From sequence record HF562234.1: a stretch of DNA of 32,000 nucleotides. One strand, 5' to 3'. Positions 9,286 through 21,493 of this stretch are shown piece after piece; the first letter of the stretch is position 1; every line of letters starts with the position of its first letter. The translations under genes were made by a program, and so were the position numbers. The notes under the pieces were generated by a model. It was not told the origin of the DNA. It made no database searches and worked only from the letters and a program-made list of their open reading frames with translations.

Positions 9286-9546
9286 ATGAATACAAATATT
9301 TTATTAACTATCACACCTTATACAGCTATTTGGTCTCCAAAAATTGCTATTATAATGATTATCTGTAATTTTATATCAATAGGTATCGGGCGATATGCGA
9401 TTCAAGTAAGAGGATTAGGTCCTAGTATACCTATACTTGGACTACAAGGCTTCGGATTACCAGAATTGTTAGCAACAACTAGTTTGGGCCATTTAATTGG
9501 TGCTGGAGCTATTATTGGACTAAGTAGTATAAGAATTATTTCTTAA
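9286..9546 (+). CDS. psaK: Photosystem I subunit PsaK
   Basis: AIWSPKIAIIMIICNFISIGIGRYAIQ and GFGLPELLATTSLGHLIGAGAI are PsaK signatures. 86 aa. Confidence 0.9.
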   Translation: MNTNILLTITPYTAIWSPKIAIIMIICNFISIGIGRYAIQVRGLGPSIPILGLQGFGLPELLATTSLGHLIGAGAIIGLSSIRIIS

Positions 9547-9567
9547 AGTATATAATAATGCAAATAA

Positions 9568-9593
9568 AGGCTTTATATTAAACAATAAAGCCT
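9568..9593. terminator. Short hairpin between convergent psaK and accA
   Basis: AGGCTTTA (9568..9575) pairs with TAAAGCCT (9586..9593). Stem 8 bp, loop 10 nt. Confidence 0.35.
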
Positions 9594-9618
9594 AAAACAA
9601 AATAATATTCAAGGATAA

Positions 9619-10596
9619 CTATTCTTCATAGAATGTTCCCATTTTGCGAAATTTTTGATATCTTAATTCTTTTCTTTCATCATTTGTAAATTTTTGCAAT
9701 ATATTCAATTCCGTAATAAGCTCTTGTTTTAGTGTAAGAGCTGCTTGTTGAGGATTAGACTGTGAACCTCCTATTGGCTCATGAACAACTCTATCAATTA
9801 CTCCTAAAACTTTTAAATCTGAAGAAGTTATTTTTAAAGCTTCTGCTGCTTCCAAAGATAACTTACTATCTTTCCATAAAATAGCTGCACACGCCTCTGG
9901 AGTTGCTACCGTGTAAACTGCATACTCTAACATTAATATTGTATCACCAATTCCAATACCCAATGCTCCACCAGATCCTCCTTCACCTAAAATTGTACAA
10001 ATTATAGGAACATTAAAAGAAAACATTTCTCGTAAATTTACTGCAATTGCTTCACCTTGACCTAATCTTTCTGCTTCAATACCTGCCCATGCCCCAGGTG
10101 TATCAATAAAAGTTAGTATAGGAAAATTAAATCTGTTGGCATGCTGCATTAAGCGTAATGCTTTTCTATAACCCCCAGGAGATGCCATACCAAAATTTCT
10201 TACAACGTTATCTTTTGTATCTTTACCTCGTTGATGACCAACAAACATAACCGTAGAACCATTCAATCGTCCTATTCCACCAACTAAAGCTAAATCATCT
10301 GCACCACCGCGATCACCATGAAGCTCAATCCAATTATCTAATATATATGGTATATAATCTAAGGTTGTAGGTCTATCAGCTTGGCGTACTAAATGTAATC
10401 TTTGTAAAGGAGTTAATGAATGAAATATTTCTTTTTTTAAATCGGCCAATTTTTTTTGAAAGATATATAATTGCTGATAAACCCATAATTTATTGTGACC
10501 AGCTATTTTACCTAACTGATCTACTTGGTACTCTAATTCAATTACTGGTTTTAAAAAATCTAAAGACACCCCTTTTCTATTAGACATAATTATCAC
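9619..10596 (-). CDS. accA: Acetyl-CoA carboxylase carboxyltransferase alpha subunit
   Basis: RPTTLDYIPYILDNWIELHGDRGGADD, FIDTPGAWAGIEAERLGQGEAIA and ILGEGGSGGALGIG are AccA signatures. The start could be the ATG at 10596 or at 10587. Confidence 0.95.
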   Translation of the reverse strand: MIIMSNRKGVSLDFLKPVIELEYQVDQLGKIAGHNKLWVYQQLYIFQKKLADLKKEIFHSLTPLQRLHLVRQADRPTTLDYIPYILDNWIELHGDRGGADDLALVGGIGRLNGSTVMFVGHQRGKDTKDNVVRNFGMASPGGYRKALRLMQHANRFNFPILTFIDTPGAWAGIEAERLGQGEAIAVNLREMFSFNVPIICTILGEGGSGGALGIGIGDTILMLEYAVYTVATPEACAAILWKDSKLSLEAAEALKITSSDLKVLGVIDRVVHEPIGGSQSNPQQAALTLKQELITELNILQKFTNDERKELRYQKFRKMGTFYEE

Positions 10597-10644
10597 AAAA
10601 ATAAAAGTTGAAAATAATATTTAAATAAATATAACACATGTTTT

Positions 10645-11301
10645 TTATCTGTAATTTTGTATAAAACGAAAAAACACACTGTAAAATATGGTAATAAGAT
10701 CTGAAAGATCAAAAGTCATATTGACAATATTATCTGATAAATCAATACTGTTTTGTAAAAACAAATAAAATACATTAAAAAAAGCAGGATCATCAAAACG
10801 TTGAGAAAGACGAGTAGCAGCTCTAACTAAATCATCATAATTCAAACCTCTATCACCTTCTACATAATTTAAATGACATAGAAAAGGAGAGGTGATGCAT
10901 TGCGAAGAAAAAACATTGACACTTTGAGTATCTTTAATTTTAATATGCTCTAATGGAATAATATTTATTATAGCATCATTTAATAAGCCTGTTTGATTTG
11001 TCTCAATTATAGAATTTTTTGGAATCAAAATATGAGAAGATTTAATATTTACTAAAACTAGAATAGAATTTAAATCTATTTTCAAGTTTTTAATATAACC
11101 AATATTTACTCCTCGCATTGTTAAAGAGGTGCCTTCTTTAAGTCCATGAGCATTATTGAATTCTATTAAGAGTAAGTAACTCTTCTTATATATTTTAGAA
11201 GTAAGTAATATCCATGTAATAATAGTAAAACCTGTAAAAATAAAAAAAATTACTATATTTTGTATATTGATCCAAAAATTTTGATGTTTTACTTTATTCA
11301 T
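10645..11301 (-). CDS. ycf22: MCE-domain protein, MlaD/TGD2-like substrate-binding component (red-algal ycf22)
   Basis: N-terminal TM helix followed by EFNNAHGLKEGTSLTMRGVNIGYIKNLKIDLNSILVLVNI, which is the MCE/MlaD core. ATG at 11301 is preferred over the track's TTG at 11322. Confidence 0.7.
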   Translation of the reverse strand: MNKVKHQNFWINIQNIVIFFIFTGFTIITWILLTSKIYKKSYLLLIEFNNAHGLKEGTSLTMRGVNIGYIKNLKIDLNSILVLVNIKSSHILIPKNSIIETNQTGLLNDAIINIIPLEHIKIKDTQSVNVFSSQCITSPFLCHLNYVEGDRGLNYDDLVRAATRLSQRFDDPAFFNVFYLFLQNSIDLSDNIVNMTFDLSDLITIFYSVFFRFIQNYR

Positions 11302-11350
11302 TATGTATATATGTATGCTCAAAATACAATAGTAAGTAATTACAATATAA

Positions 11351-12199
11351 TTAATTTATATATACTGCTATTTGAATATCAAAATTAATAAATCGATGTA
11401 TTTTTAAGGATTTTTTTTGTGGCAAACCGTAAATACAATAAGATAACGACACAACTATATCATTTATACAATTTGACATCTCATCAATAGTATTAAAATT
11501 CTTTAATAATGAACCTATACCTACACCTGATGCCTGATAAGCTATAGCAATTGGAGCAGAAATCGAGTTAATACCCGAGGAAGATAAAACTGGAATATCA
11601 GTAGATTGAGATATTGAATAAGAGGAAGATAATGCGGCTGAAGCTTTATAGATAGAATACGATACATAACTATTATATATAGATCTATATATAAGTTTCG
11701 TGCTTAAACCTTCTGTTTGTACCATAGATATACCAATTTTTTGTAAATTTGATACTAGTCTTATTTGCTGATCCAACAAGAGTATATGTGGTATAGTTAC
11801 ACAAATAGTAGAATTTGGCAACAATAGTTTAATCTCTTGTGCTAATTTTATTACTTGGTTACTTGAAAAGATAATTCCTTGAGAATACAAAGAATCAAAA
11901 TTACCTATTTCAACTACATCAGCACCAGACACAATACAACGGTATAAATCTATTGAATTAATAGAAGAAACGCATATTGGAATTTTTGTGAAAGATTTTA
12001 TGACTGATACAATTTTAGCATTAGCCGCTATATCAACATAATCTGCTTTACCTATTTGTGCTGCTTTTACAACTCTAACGATATAATTAAGATTAAAATT
12101 ACTTAAACCGCTGATAATTTTCACTACTCTTGATGTAGAGAAATTTTTTTTGAACTTTATATTTGATAACTTCATAATTATAGATAGAACTAAAAACAT
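11351..12199 (-). CDS. ycf23: Ycf23 family protein (predicted TIM-barrel fold)
   Basis: VVKIISGLSNFNLNYIVRVVKAAQIGKADYVDIAANAKIV matches the Ycf23 N-terminal consensus (LKVISGL-NF...V.KAA..GGA.YVDIAA). The start may instead be the ATG at 12175. Confidence 0.75.
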   Translation of the reverse strand: MFLVLSIIMKLSNIKFKKNFSTSRVVKIISGLSNFNLNYIVRVVKAAQIGKADYVDIAANAKIVSVIKSFTKIPICVSSINSIDLYRCIVSGADVVEIGNFDSLYSQGIIFSSNQVIKLAQEIKLLLPNSTICVTIPHILLLDQQIRLVSNLQKIGISMVQTEGLSTKLIYRSIYNSYVSYSIYKASAALSSSYSISQSTDIPVLSSSGINSISAPIAIAYQASGVGIGSLLKNFNTIDEMSNCINDIVVSLSYCIYGLPQKKSLKIHRFINFDIQIAVYIN

Positions 12200-12269
12200 T
12201 ACTAAACCAATTATGTAATTGTATCTTTATATAATTGGTATAATAAATATATGCAATCAATTATAAATA

Positions 12270-12545
<276 letters not shown>

Positions 12546-12701
12546 TTAATTCAATCTATTAGTATTATATAAACTTTAACTGATAATATATATCCAATGA
12601 ATATTATATTACAATAAAGAAGATAATATATTAAAACACTATAAAAACTTCATAAAAAGTAAAATAATTAACTAAGACTAAATACATAAAATATAAGAAA
12701 T

Positions 12702-15700
12702 TTAATTTGATACTGTATTAAAAATAGAATATTTAAAATCAGTTAAAGGAGTTGAATTTTCTGAAGGTGGTACTATTTGCCAAAACATATCAAGATATTT
12801 ATTCCAATTATCTAAAATATGTTTTGCTTTAATACTTTTAGTTTTAATTTCATAAAGCTCTATCATATTTTTTAATTGCTCTTCACCTTCTTTAGTTACT
12901 ATATGTTGATATTTTACAATTTCTTGATTGATTTTAGAAACTAACGTATTATCTTCATCTAAAAAGTAAGCTAAGCCTCCTGTCATACCTGCGCCAATAT
13001 TACGACCTGATGGGCCTAAAACAACAATTAAACCTCCTGTCATATACTCACATGGATGATCACCCACCCCTTCCACTACAGCTTGACCAGATGAATTTCT
13101 TACAGCAAATCTTTCACCTGCTTGTCCACTTGCAAATAAATAACCTCCTGTTGCTCCATATAAACAAGTATTACCAAGAATCACTTTTTCTGAAGCATGA
13201 TTATTCTCATATTGAGAAGGACAGATAATTATTTCTCCTCCATTCATACCCTTTCCAACATAATCATTGGCTTCACCTATCAGGCTTAAATGTATACCTT
13301 TAGAAATAAAAGCACCAAAGCTCTGTCCGGCAACTCCTTGAAAATCTAATTGCAAGTTACCATTAAAGCCATAATTACCATATTTTTTTGCTATAACTCC
13401 TGATATTCTAGCACCTACACATCTATCAGTATTCACTATTTGCACTGTCTTAGTAATGTCTGACTGAAATTGAATGGCATTTTTAAAATCTGGATCACTT
13501 AGTAAAATATCATCTAAAACTGTACCATTACTATGAACAAAATCATGCTTTTCAATTACATCAATAGCTACTGGATTAAATAATAAAGTATCTAAGTTCA
13601 GGTACTTTGTTTTAGATAAAACAGTAGATTTATATTTTAATAATTTACTTAAACCAACTATCTCTTGTAAACTTTTATAACCTAAAGTTGCCAATATTTG
13701 CCTAACTTCTTCTGCAATAAATAGAAAAAAGTTTACTAAATCTGAAGGTATACCAGGATAACGATTTCTTAAATCTTGACGTTGTGTTGCAACACCTACA
13801 GGACAGTTATTTGTATGACAAATTCTAGCCATAACACAACCTGTTGCAATCATAGCAACTGTACCAAAGCCAAATTCTTGAGCACCCATTAAGGCTGCAA
13901 GAATAATATCATGACCTGTTCTTAAACCACCATCTACCCTTAATAAGACCCTGTCTCGTAAGTTATTTTCTACTAATGTTTGATGCACTTCTGTCAAACC
14001 TAACTCCCATGGACTACCAGCATGTTTAATAGAACTTAATGGTGATGCTCCTGTACCTCCATCATGACCAGATATTTGAATTATATCTGCATTTCCTTTT
14101 GCAACACCTGCGGCAATAGTACCTATACCAATTTCTGCAACTAACTTCACAGACACCTTTGCTATTGGATTAATTTGATGCAAATCAAAAATTAACTGAG
14201 CTAAATCTTCTATAGAATAAATATCATGGTGTGGTGGTGGTGAGATTAATGTAACACCTGGCTTACAATTTCTTAACTGAGCAATATATGGACTGACTTT
14301 TTTTCCAGGTAACTGCCCTCCTTCACCTGGTTTAGCTCCTTGAGCTATTTTAATTTCTAATTGCTTGGCATTAACAAGGTATTCAGGAGTAACACCAAAA
14401 CGCCCTGAAGCTACCTGCTTTATAGCTGAACTAGCCGTATCATTCAATTTGAGACCTTTTAAATGCGAAAAGCTTTTGGAAATACCTGCAATATCAACAT
14501 CTTGTATTAATCCAAAGCGACTTGCATCTTCTCCACCTTCACCTGAATTCGATTTTCCTCCTATTCTATTCATAGCTACTGCTAAAGTTTCATGCGTTTC
14601 TCTAGATAAAGCACCTAAAGACATACCACCAGTACAAAAGCATTCCAAAATAGATTCTATCGGCTCTACTTCATTAATGTGAATGGAAGGTAAGTTACTA
14701 GAAACAGTAAGTAAATCTCGAAGATTTGTTGGTGGACGATTATTCAATAAATTTTTATATTTAGTATACAAAAGATGATCATTATTTCTTACAGCTTTAT
14801 GTAATGTTTTAGACATTTCAGGATTATTAACATGATATTCTGCGCTTGGACGATATTGTACATAACCTAAATTAGGTAATTTTTTAGGCAATGATGATAA
14901 AAAAGCAGTATTATATATTTTTATAGTTTGCATAGCTAATTCATTTAAAGTAATTCCATCTAGACGAGATGTTGTTCCTAAAAATGCCATATTTACTAAT
15001 TCTTTACCTAATCCTAGTATTTCAAATATTTGTGCACCATGATAACTAGATAGTAGTGAAATTCCCATCTTAGAAAGAATTTTTAATAAGCCTTTATTAA
15101 TAGCAACACGATAATTATTTTGAGATTGTTGAATAGTTAAACTATCCAATTTCTCCTTAGACATTAATTTTTGTGTTCTTGGACTATTCCACCATTGTCT
15201 TACAGTTAAAAATGCTGCATAAGGACAGATCGCACTTGCTCCATAACCAATCAAGCATGCAAAATGGTGTGTATTCCAGCATTGCGCTGTCTCTACAACT
15301 AAAGATACCTTATGTCTCAAATGTTTTGATATTAAATAATGATGCACTGCACCTATAATTAGTAAAGGTGGAATAAATGCTTCTTGATCAGACAAATTTT
15401 GTACTTTGTCACTTAATACAATAATTTCAGCTCCATTATTTATTGAATGCACACTCTTTTTACATATATCTTGAATTTTGACATGAAAATTTTGAAATTC
15501 TACATCTTGATTAAAAAAAGTATTAATGACTGTAATTTTAAAACCATGATTGAAAAGTTGTTTTAATTCTCTCTCATTCAATATAGGAGAATCTAGTAAG
15601 ATTGATTTTGCCATATAATCCTGAGGTTCCAACAAATTACCTTTAGATCCCAGATGCATATTTAAAGACATTACTAAACTTTCTCTTAGAGGATCTATTG

Positions 15701-17294
15701 CAGGATTAGTAACTTGAGCAAATCTTTGTTTGAAATAATCATAAATGAGATGTGGCTTTTCTGATAAGACAGCCAATGGTATATCGTCACCCATACAGAA
15801 CGTAGGCTCTTTTGCTGAGCTAGCCATATGTTCAATTACTAATTCTATATCTTCATTCGTATAACCAAAAGCTGTATGCAATTTATTCATTTGCAATTTA
15901 TTAATACCTTCATCATTTAAATAATGTTCCGGTATCAAAACTTTTTGATACTTTTGTATCCATTTTTTATATGGAAATTTATTCGCGATAAACTGTTTAA
16001 TCGTCCAATTATCTAAAATTAAATTATTTACTAAGTCAACACAAAAAATTTGTCCCGGCCCTAATCGACCTTTTTGCACTATAGATTTAGAATCAATATC
16101 AAAAACACCTACTTCAGAAGATAAACTAATAAATCCATCTTGAGTAATTAAGTAACGTGCCGGTCTCAGACCATTTCTATCTAGAGTTGCACCTACTATT
16201 TTACCATCACTAAAAACTACTAAGGCAGGGCCATCCCAAGGTTCTTGCAGAGGTTTGTAGTACTCATAAAAATCAATGATTTCAGGAAATTGATCTAGTG
16301 CTGGTTGATCTTGATAAGCTTCTGGAATCAAAATCATTAATGCTTCTTGTGGACTCTTACCTGATTGAATAAATAATTCAAGTACTGCATCTAAATTAGC
16401 AGAGTCACTATTTTCAGAGCTTGTAACTGGTATTAAGATGTCATGATTATTATTCCAGTAAGAATGCTTTAATAATGACTCTTTTGATTTCATCCAATTT
16501 AAATTACCTAGTAAAGTATTGATCTCTCCATTATGAGCCATAAATCTCATCGGCTGTGCTAAAGGCCATTTAGGCAAAGTATTAGTGCTAAATCTTCTAT
16601 GATATATTGCAAAATTACTTTCATAACGTGAATCAGATAAATCTAAATAATATTGTGCTAAAATTTTTGATTTCACCATACCTTTATACACAATCATTTT
16701 TGATGAAAAAGAACAAAAGTAAAATTGTTTATTTAGATTTAAGTTTGTTTGTGCTATTAATTTTTCGATTTTTTTTCTTGTAAGATATAATAACCGCTCT
16801 AGAGCATCTCCTGTTACGTCTTTGGCTTGAACAAAGCACTGTTGAATTTCAGGCTGATTTAATTTTGCTTGAGTTCCTAAAACCGAATCATTTCTGGGAA
16901 CATTTCTCCAATTTAATACATTTAAACCCTCTTCTTCCAAAGCCCATACAAAAATTTTTCGTATTGCCTGAATATGTTCAGAAGGTAAAAAGACCATTGC
17001 AACAGCTACATCATTGTAAAATTGAATCTGTTGAGATGCAAAAGAACTTTTCAACAAATTCCAAGGTATTTGTGTTGTTATACCAGCACCATCACCAGAA
17101 ATACGATCTGCACTACATCCACCTCTATGCTCCATACAGCTTAATGCGTTTATAGCCTTTATAACTAAATTATGAGAAGGCAATTGATTTATTTGAGCAA
17201 TGAAACCTACTCCACATGCGTCTCGTTCAATTAAAATAGAAGGATAGCCTGAATATTGAACAAGCTTATGAGTAAAATATTTTGATATTTGCAT
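12702..17294 (-). CDS. gltB: Ferredoxin-dependent glutamate synthase (Fd-GOGAT)
   Basis: 1530 aa. It has the Ntn amidotransferase Cys after a short propeptide ([11 protein letters not shown]) and the FMN and 3Fe-4S region ([19 protein letters not shown]). The C-terminal GXGXG beta-helix is present ([16 protein letters not shown]). Confidence 0.98.
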   Translation of the reverse strand: MQISKYFTHKLVQYSGYPSILIERDACGVGFIAQINQLPSHNLVIKAINALSCMEHRGGCSADRISGDGAGITTQIPWNLLKSSFASQQIQFYNDVAVAMVFLPSEHIQAIRKIFVWALEEEGLNVLNWRNVPRNDSVLGTQAKLNQPEIQQCFVQAKDVTGDALERLLYLTRKKIEKLIAQTNLNLNKQFYFCSFSSKMIVYKGMVKSKILAQYYLDLSDSRYESNFAIYHRRFSTNTLPKWPLAQPMRFMAHNGEINTLLGNLNWMKSKESLLKHSYWNNNHDILIPVTSSENSDSANLDAVLELFIQSGKSPQEALMILIPEAYQDQPALDQFPEIIDFYEYYKPLQEPWDGPALVVFSDGKIVGATLDRNGLRPARYLITQDGFISLSSEVGVFDIDSKSIVQKGRLGPGQIFCVDLVNNLILDNWTIKQFIANKFPYKKWIQKYQKVLIPEHYLNDEGINKLQMNKLHTAFGYTNEDIELVIEHMASSAKEPTFCMGDDIPLAVLSEKPHLIYDYFKQRFAQVTNPAIDPLRESLVMSLNMHLGSKGNLLEPQDYMAKSILLDSPILNERELKQLFNHGFKITVINTFFNQDVEFQNFHVKIQDICKKSVHSINNGAEIIVLSDKVQNLSDQEAFIPPLLIIGAVHHYLISKHLRHKVSLVVETAQCWNTHHFACLIGYGASAICPYAAFLTVRQWWNSPRTQKLMSKEKLDSLTIQQSQNNYRVAINKGLLKILSKMGISLLSSYHGAQIFEILGLGKELVNMAFLGTTSRLDGITLNELAMQTIKIYNTAFLSSLPKKLPNLGYVQYRPSAEYHVNNPEMSKTLHKAVRNNDHLLYTKYKNLLNNRPPTNLRDLLTVSSNLPSIHINEVEPIESILECFCTGGMSLGALSRETHETLAVAMNRIGGKSNSGEGGEDASRFGLIQDVDIAGISKSFSHLKGLKLNDTASSAIKQVASGRFGVTPEYLVNAKQLEIKIAQGAKPGEGGQLPGKKVSPYIAQLRNCKPGVTLISPPPHHDIYSIEDLAQLIFDLHQINPIAKVSVKLVAEIGIGTIAAGVAKGNADIIQISGHDGGTGASPLSSIKHAGSPWELGLTEVHQTLVENNLRDRVLLRVDGGLRTGHDIILAALMGAQEFGFGTVAMIATGCVMARICHTNNCPVGVATQRQDLRNRYPGIPSDLVNFFLFIAEEVRQILATLGYKSLQEIVGLSKLLKYKSTVLSKTKYLNLDTLLFNPVAIDVIEKHDFVHSNGTVLDDILLSDPDFKNAIQFQSDITKTVQIVNTDRCVGARISGVIAKKYGNYGFNGNLQLDFQGVAGQSFGAFISKGIHLSLIGEANDYVGKGMNGGEIIICPSQYENNHASEKVILGNTCLYGATGGYLFASGQAGERFAVRNSSGQAVVEGVGDHPCEYMTGGLIVVLGPSGRNIGAGMTGGLAYFLDEDNTLVSKINQEIVKYQHIVTKEGEEQLKNMIELYEIKTKSIKAKHILDNWNKYLDMFWQIVPPSENSTPLTDFKYSIFNTVSN

Positions 17295-17598
17295 ATATGA
17301 TTATTATTTTAAGCTAAAATGTATTAATGTTCTGAATGTAACTTATATACTATTAAGTATATAAATAGTGTGTACGGATTATATAATTTATACATATACA
17401 TTATTCGGTATATGTTTAATATATTGACAATTTTAGATATTAATAAAGAAAAAACAAACTAAAATATAACTACATAATTATATAATTTGGTTTTAATAAA
17501 ATTAATTAATATGTTATGAAATTAGTATTACATATTTTAATTCAATATATACAGAAGACAGATAAATCAGATTTTAATTAACTACAATATTTAAATTA

Positions 17599-17826
17599 AT
17601 GAATAGATACCAAAAAATTGAGTCAAGCCAAGTAACATACAAGACAGAAAAATTGCTAGAAGTATCGCAAAACAGATATGTAATGACTATACAAGTAGCA
17701 AATAGAGCTAAAAGAGGCAAGTATGAAGAAATTGACATAGTTGAAGATCCTCTTATTAAACCAATTATACGTGCAATACTGGAAATGGTTGATGAAGTCG
17801 TACAGCCTGAAATTATTGGCTGTTAA
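17599..17826 (+). CDS. rpoZ: RNA polymerase omega subunit (red-algal ycf61)
   Basis: 75 aa. KLLEVSQNRYVMTIQVANRAKR and KPIIRAILEM match the RpoZ/Ycf61 core. Confidence 0.8.
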   Translation: MNRYQKIESSQVTYKTEKLLEVSQNRYVMTIQVANRAKRGKYEEIDIVEDPLIKPIIRAILEMVDEVVQPEIIGC

Positions 17827-17862
17827 TGAAATGTATAGAAGAGACAATTTGTAATATTTTTT

Positions 17863-17892
17863 TTGATAAAAATTATAGCAGATATATATAAT
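17863..17892 (+). promoter_or_regulatory. Candidate sigma70-type (PEP) promoter upstream of cpcBA
   Basis: TTGATA (17863..17868), 18-nt spacer, TATAAT (17887..17892), about 115 nt upstream of the cpcB ATG. Such matches can arise by chance in AT-rich DNA. Confidence 0.3.
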
Positions 17893-18007
17893 AATATATT
17901 AAGTACTAATTCAATATTTTCTTATCGTATTTAAAATGAAGATAAAATCTTAATCTTAGTTCTTAATAAACTTTGACCTATAAATTCCATGCAAGGAGAA
18001 AATCAAT

Positions 18008-18526
18008 ATGTTAGATGCGTTTGCAAAAATCGTAGCTCAAGCTGATGCTCGAGGTGAATTCTTAAGTAATACACAATTAGATGCTTTAGTGGCAATGGTT
18101 GCAGAAGGTAATAAAAGATTAGATGTAGTAAATAAAATTAATTCAAATGCCTCAGCTATTGTAACTAATTCTGCACGTGCTTTATTTGCAGAACAACCAC
18201 AATTAGTTCAACCTGGAGGAAATGCTTATACAAGTAGAAGAATGGCTGCATGCTTGAGAGACATGGAAATCGTCTTAAGATATGTAAGCTATGCTATGAT
18301 TGCTGGAGATTCTAGTGTTTTAGATGATAGATGCTTAAATGGTTTAAGAGAAACTTATCAAGCATTAGGCACACCAGGAACTTCTGTAGCAGTAGCTGTA
18401 CAAAAAATGAAAGAAGCTTCAATTGCATTAGCTAATGACTTAAATGGAGTACCTTTAGGAGACTGTAGTTCATTAACTGCTGAATTAGTTGTATATTTTG
18501 ACCGTGCTGCAGTTGCAGTCGTATAA
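18008..18526 (+). CDS. cpcB: C-phycocyanin beta subunit
   Basis: [45 protein letters not shown] and [10 protein letters not shown], 172 aa. AAGGAGA SD upstream. Confidence 0.97.
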   Translation: MLDAFAKIVAQADARGEFLSNTQLDALVAMVAEGNKRLDVVNKINSNASAIVTNSARALFAEQPQLVQPGGNAYTSRRMAACLRDMEIVLRYVSYAMIAGDSSVLDDRCLNGLRETYQALGTPGTSVAVAVQKMKEASIALANDLNGVPLGDCSSLTAELVVYFDRAAVAVV

Positions 18527-18582
18527 TGACACTAATAATACCAAATTAAGAAATAAATATTATTATATAAGGAAAATTTATT

Positions 18583-19071
18583 ATGAAAACACCTATCACA
18601 GAAGCTATTGCATCTGCTGACAGCCAAGGAAGATTTTTAAGCAATGGTGAATTACAATCAATAAATGGTAGATATCAAAGAGCTAACGCTAGTATAGAAG
18701 CAGCAAAATCTTTAACTAATAATGCACAAAGATTAATTACTGGAGCTGCTCAAGCTGTATATACAAAATACCCATTTGTAACACAAATGCCAGGCCCAAC
18801 TTATGCATCAAGTGCTATTGGAAAGGCCAAATGTGCACGTGATATTGGATATTATTTAAGAATGACTACATATTGCTTAGTTGTTGGAGCAACAGGACCG
18901 ATGGATGAGTATTTGGTGGCTGGTCTAGAAGAAATTAACCGCAGCTTTGAACTTTCACCGAGTTGGTATATTGAAGCTTTACAATATATTAAAGTAAGTC
19001 ATGGATTAGCTGGACAAGCAGCAAATGAAGCAAATACTTACTTAGATTATGCAATTAACACATTAAGTTAA
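18583..19071 (+). CDS. cpcA: C-phycocyanin alpha subunit
   Basis: [55 protein letters not shown] and [14 protein letters not shown], 162 aa. Confidence 0.97.
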   Translation: MKTPITEAIASADSQGRFLSNGELQSINGRYQRANASIEAAKSLTNNAQRLITGAAQAVYTKYPFVTQMPGPTYASSAIGKAKCARDIGYYLRMTTYCLVVGATGPMDEYLVAGLEEINRSFELSPSWYIEALQYIKVSHGLAGQAANEANTYLDYAINTLS

Positions 19072-19105
19072 GACTTTTATCTAAACTTACATAAGTACAA
19101 CAAAT

Positions 19106-19153
19106 AACTAGAAAACGCATTATTTACATATTAATTTATGCTTACTTCTAGTT
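19106..19153 (+). terminator. Imperfect stem-loop downstream of cpcA
   Basis: AACTAGAA (19106..19113) pairs with TTCTAGTT (19146..19153). Inner GCAT/ATGC pairing is separated by internal loops. Weak. Confidence 0.25.
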
Positions 19154-19347
19154 TCTTATTTTAATATTTACAATAAATTAATATAAATTCTTTTTCTAAT
19201 ATATTCTTTATCTTGACCTAAGATAAAAAAGCTGTTATATGTACTCTTATAAATTAATAAGTAGAATAAATTATCACACATATTCTCTTTAAATTGTAAT
19301 CAATATTAATTATTAATACAGACTATTTAAATTTTTGGTTTCATTTT

Positions 19348-20895
19348 ATGCAACAAAACACTTTTTATCCTATAGTTTTAACTATTCTTGATGGCTGGGG
19401 GTATAGTGACAAAGTACAAGGAAATGCAATCAAGTTAGCAAAAACACCAATTATAGATAAACTTTGGAATACTTACAGCCATACTTTACTTAACGCATCA
19501 GGTAAATATGTTGGTTTACCTGAAAATCAAATGGGTAATTCTGAAGTAGGACATACAACAATTGGCTCTGGTAGAGTCATTAATCAAGATTTAGTACGTA
19601 TTAATAAATCAATAAAGGATAAAAGTTTTTTTCATAATTCAACATTACATAAAATATATAAACAAACAATTATAAATTGTTCTAAACTACATCTAATTGG
19701 CCTTTGCTCCAATGGTGGCGTACATTCGCATATAGAACATTTAATCGCTTTAATCAAAATAAGTAAACAATATAAATTAAATACATGCATACATATAACA
19801 ACTGATGGACGAGATACACAACCATACATATCTCATCAATTTATACAAGAAATCATCGATCAAATTCAAGATACTTCATATATCAATATATGCACTATAA
19901 GTGGAAGATACTATAGTATGGATCGAGATTGTAGATGGTCTAGAACAGAAAAAGCTTACAATGTACTTGTAGATGATAGCATAGAACAAATAATTGATCC
20001 ATTAGAATTAATAAAAAATAATCATAGGAATTCTATTTCAGACGAATTTATAATGCCACAAAGAATTTATAAAGGAAAAATTTCTAATGAAGATAGTATT
20101 ATTTTTTTTAACTTTAGACCGGATAGAATACGGCAACTTTTGCATTGCTTCACCAAAGATACATTCAAAGGTTTTCCAACTAAGACAATAAATAACTTAA
20201 ATATTATAACTTTTACCAAATACGATACAAGTTTATCTATACCTATAGTATTTTCACCTCAACATAATACCAATTTTCTTGGAGAAATATTATCAAATCA
20301 TGGGCTCAAACAATTAAGGTTAGCAGAAACAGAAAAATACGCACATGTTACATACTTTTTTAATGGCGGAATAGAAGAACCTTTTCCAGGTGAAGATAGA
20401 GAATTAATATCTAGTCCACAAGTTGAGACATATGATTTAGCGCCCAAAATGTCAGCTGACCAACTTACTGAAAGTGTAATTCGTGCAATACAAAAAAATA
20501 TATACCAATTTATCGTTATCAACTATGCAAATCCTGACATGGTAGGACATACTGGAAATCTACAAGCAACTATTGAAGCTATTGCAAAGGTTGATGAATG
20601 CTTGGATAAATTATATCGAGAAGTTCAGCTAGTTGATGGAACGTTAATAATTACAGCAGATCATGGAAATGCAGAATACATGATAGATTATGATAACAAA
20701 CCATGTACATCACATAGTATTAATCGTGTACCTTTTATCATAGCAAATAGTCAGTTTTATAATAAACAAAATATTCAACTTATAGAACAAGGGTGCCTTG
20801 CAGATATTGCTCCTACTATACTTAATCTTTTGCATATTAATATACCACAAGAAATGAATGGAACATCATTGATAAACAAACTTAATAAACTATAA
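19348..20895 (+). CDS. pgmA: 2,3-bisphosphoglycerate-independent phosphoglycerate mutase
   Basis: LTILDGWGYS, MGNSEVGHTTIGSGR, GGVHSHIEHL, TDGRDT and ADHGNAE are iPGAM metal and catalytic-Ser motifs. Confidence 0.95.
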   Translation: MQQNTFYPIVLTILDGWGYSDKVQGNAIKLAKTPIIDKLWNTYSHTLLNASGKYVGLPENQMGNSEVGHTTIGSGRVINQDLVRINKSIKDKSFFHNSTLHKIYKQTIINCSKLHLIGLCSNGGVHSHIEHLIALIKISKQYKLNTCIHITTDGRDTQPYISHQFIQEIIDQIQDTSYINICTISGRYYSMDRDCRWSRTEKAYNVLVDDSIEQIIDPLELIKNNHRNSISDEFIMPQRIYKGKISNEDSIIFFNFRPDRIRQLLHCFTKDTFKGFPTKTINNLNIITFTKYDTSLSIPIVFSPQHNTNFLGEILSNHGLKQLRLAETEKYAHVTYFFNGGIEEPFPGEDRELISSPQVETYDLAPKMSADQLTESVIRAIQKNIYQFIVINYANPDMVGHTGNLQATIEAIAKVDECLDKLYREVQLVDGTLIITADHGNAEYMIDYDNKPCTSHSINRVPFIIANSQFYNKQNIQLIEQGCLADIAPTILNLLHINIPQEMNGTSLINKLNKL

Positions 20896-20922
20896 AATAT
20901 ATTAATGTAGATCATTAATAAT

Positions 20923-21465
20923 ATGAATACTAATTTTCGATATAAATTTCACAAAGTTTTCTTTCTGCCCATTAATACAAATACTTACTGTATAGGTAAT
21001 GTCATACCAATTGTGTGGGAGCTTATTTTAAAAAGTGATGGTTCATTTACTCAAAATTTAAACTCTCTAACAGGTCAACTGATTCAAGTAGAAATATTAT
21101 CACTGTATAATAACATTAAAGCAGAAAATGATTATACAATAAGAGAAGTCTGGATAAAAGATCAACAAGGTAATAAATTAGCATTTGCAAAGTCTATTTG
21201 GCCTTACAATATGAAAACAAATTTATTTATTTTACCTACAGATCAACCAATAGGTCAATCTTTAATACAGTTTAAAGTAGATATACATAAAGACATACAT
21301 GAGCTTTTTTATGGTTACTGTCAATGTTTAGAAAAACACTTTAATTACAATGAACCTATGTGGGGCAGAAAATATACTCTTTACCATGAACATAAACAAC
21401 TTGCAACAGTACAAGAGATTTTTTCTCCACAAATACTGAAATTATTTCATTCAACAACATTATAA
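20923..21465 (+). CDS. ycf21: Ycf21 family protein (chorismate-lyase-like / DUF98 fold)
   Basis: ILKSDGSFTQNLNSLTG, REVWIKD, PIGQSLIQ, MWGRKYTLY and VQEIFSP match the Ycf21 consensus. Confidence 0.8.
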   Translation: MNTNFRYKFHKVFFLPINTNTYCIGNVIPIVWELILKSDGSFTQNLNSLTGQLIQVEILSLYNNIKAENDYTIREVWIKDQQGNKLAFAKSIWPYNMKTNLFILPTDQPIGQSLIQFKVDIHKDIHELFYGYCQCLEKHFNYNEPMWGRKYTLYHEHKQLATVQEIFSPQILKLFHSTTL

Positions 21466-21493
21466 ATATTACTCTTTAATGAAGGCATTATAA

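Noticed and set aside
13010-17155. Four plus-strand ORFs (13010..13228, 14365..14682, 15173..15358, 16865..17155) antisense to gltB
   Set aside because: They lie fully inside the strongly conserved gltB coding region on the opposite strand and have low-complexity, non-homologous translations. These are typical shadow ORFs.
17656-17847. 63-aa minus-strand ORF overlapping rpoZ
   Set aside because: It is antisense to the recognisable rpoZ/ycf61 frame and has no conserved motifs.
19632-20522. Two minus-strand ORFs (19632..19829, 20298..20522) inside pgmA
   Set aside because: Antisense shadow ORFs within a well-conserved iPGAM gene.
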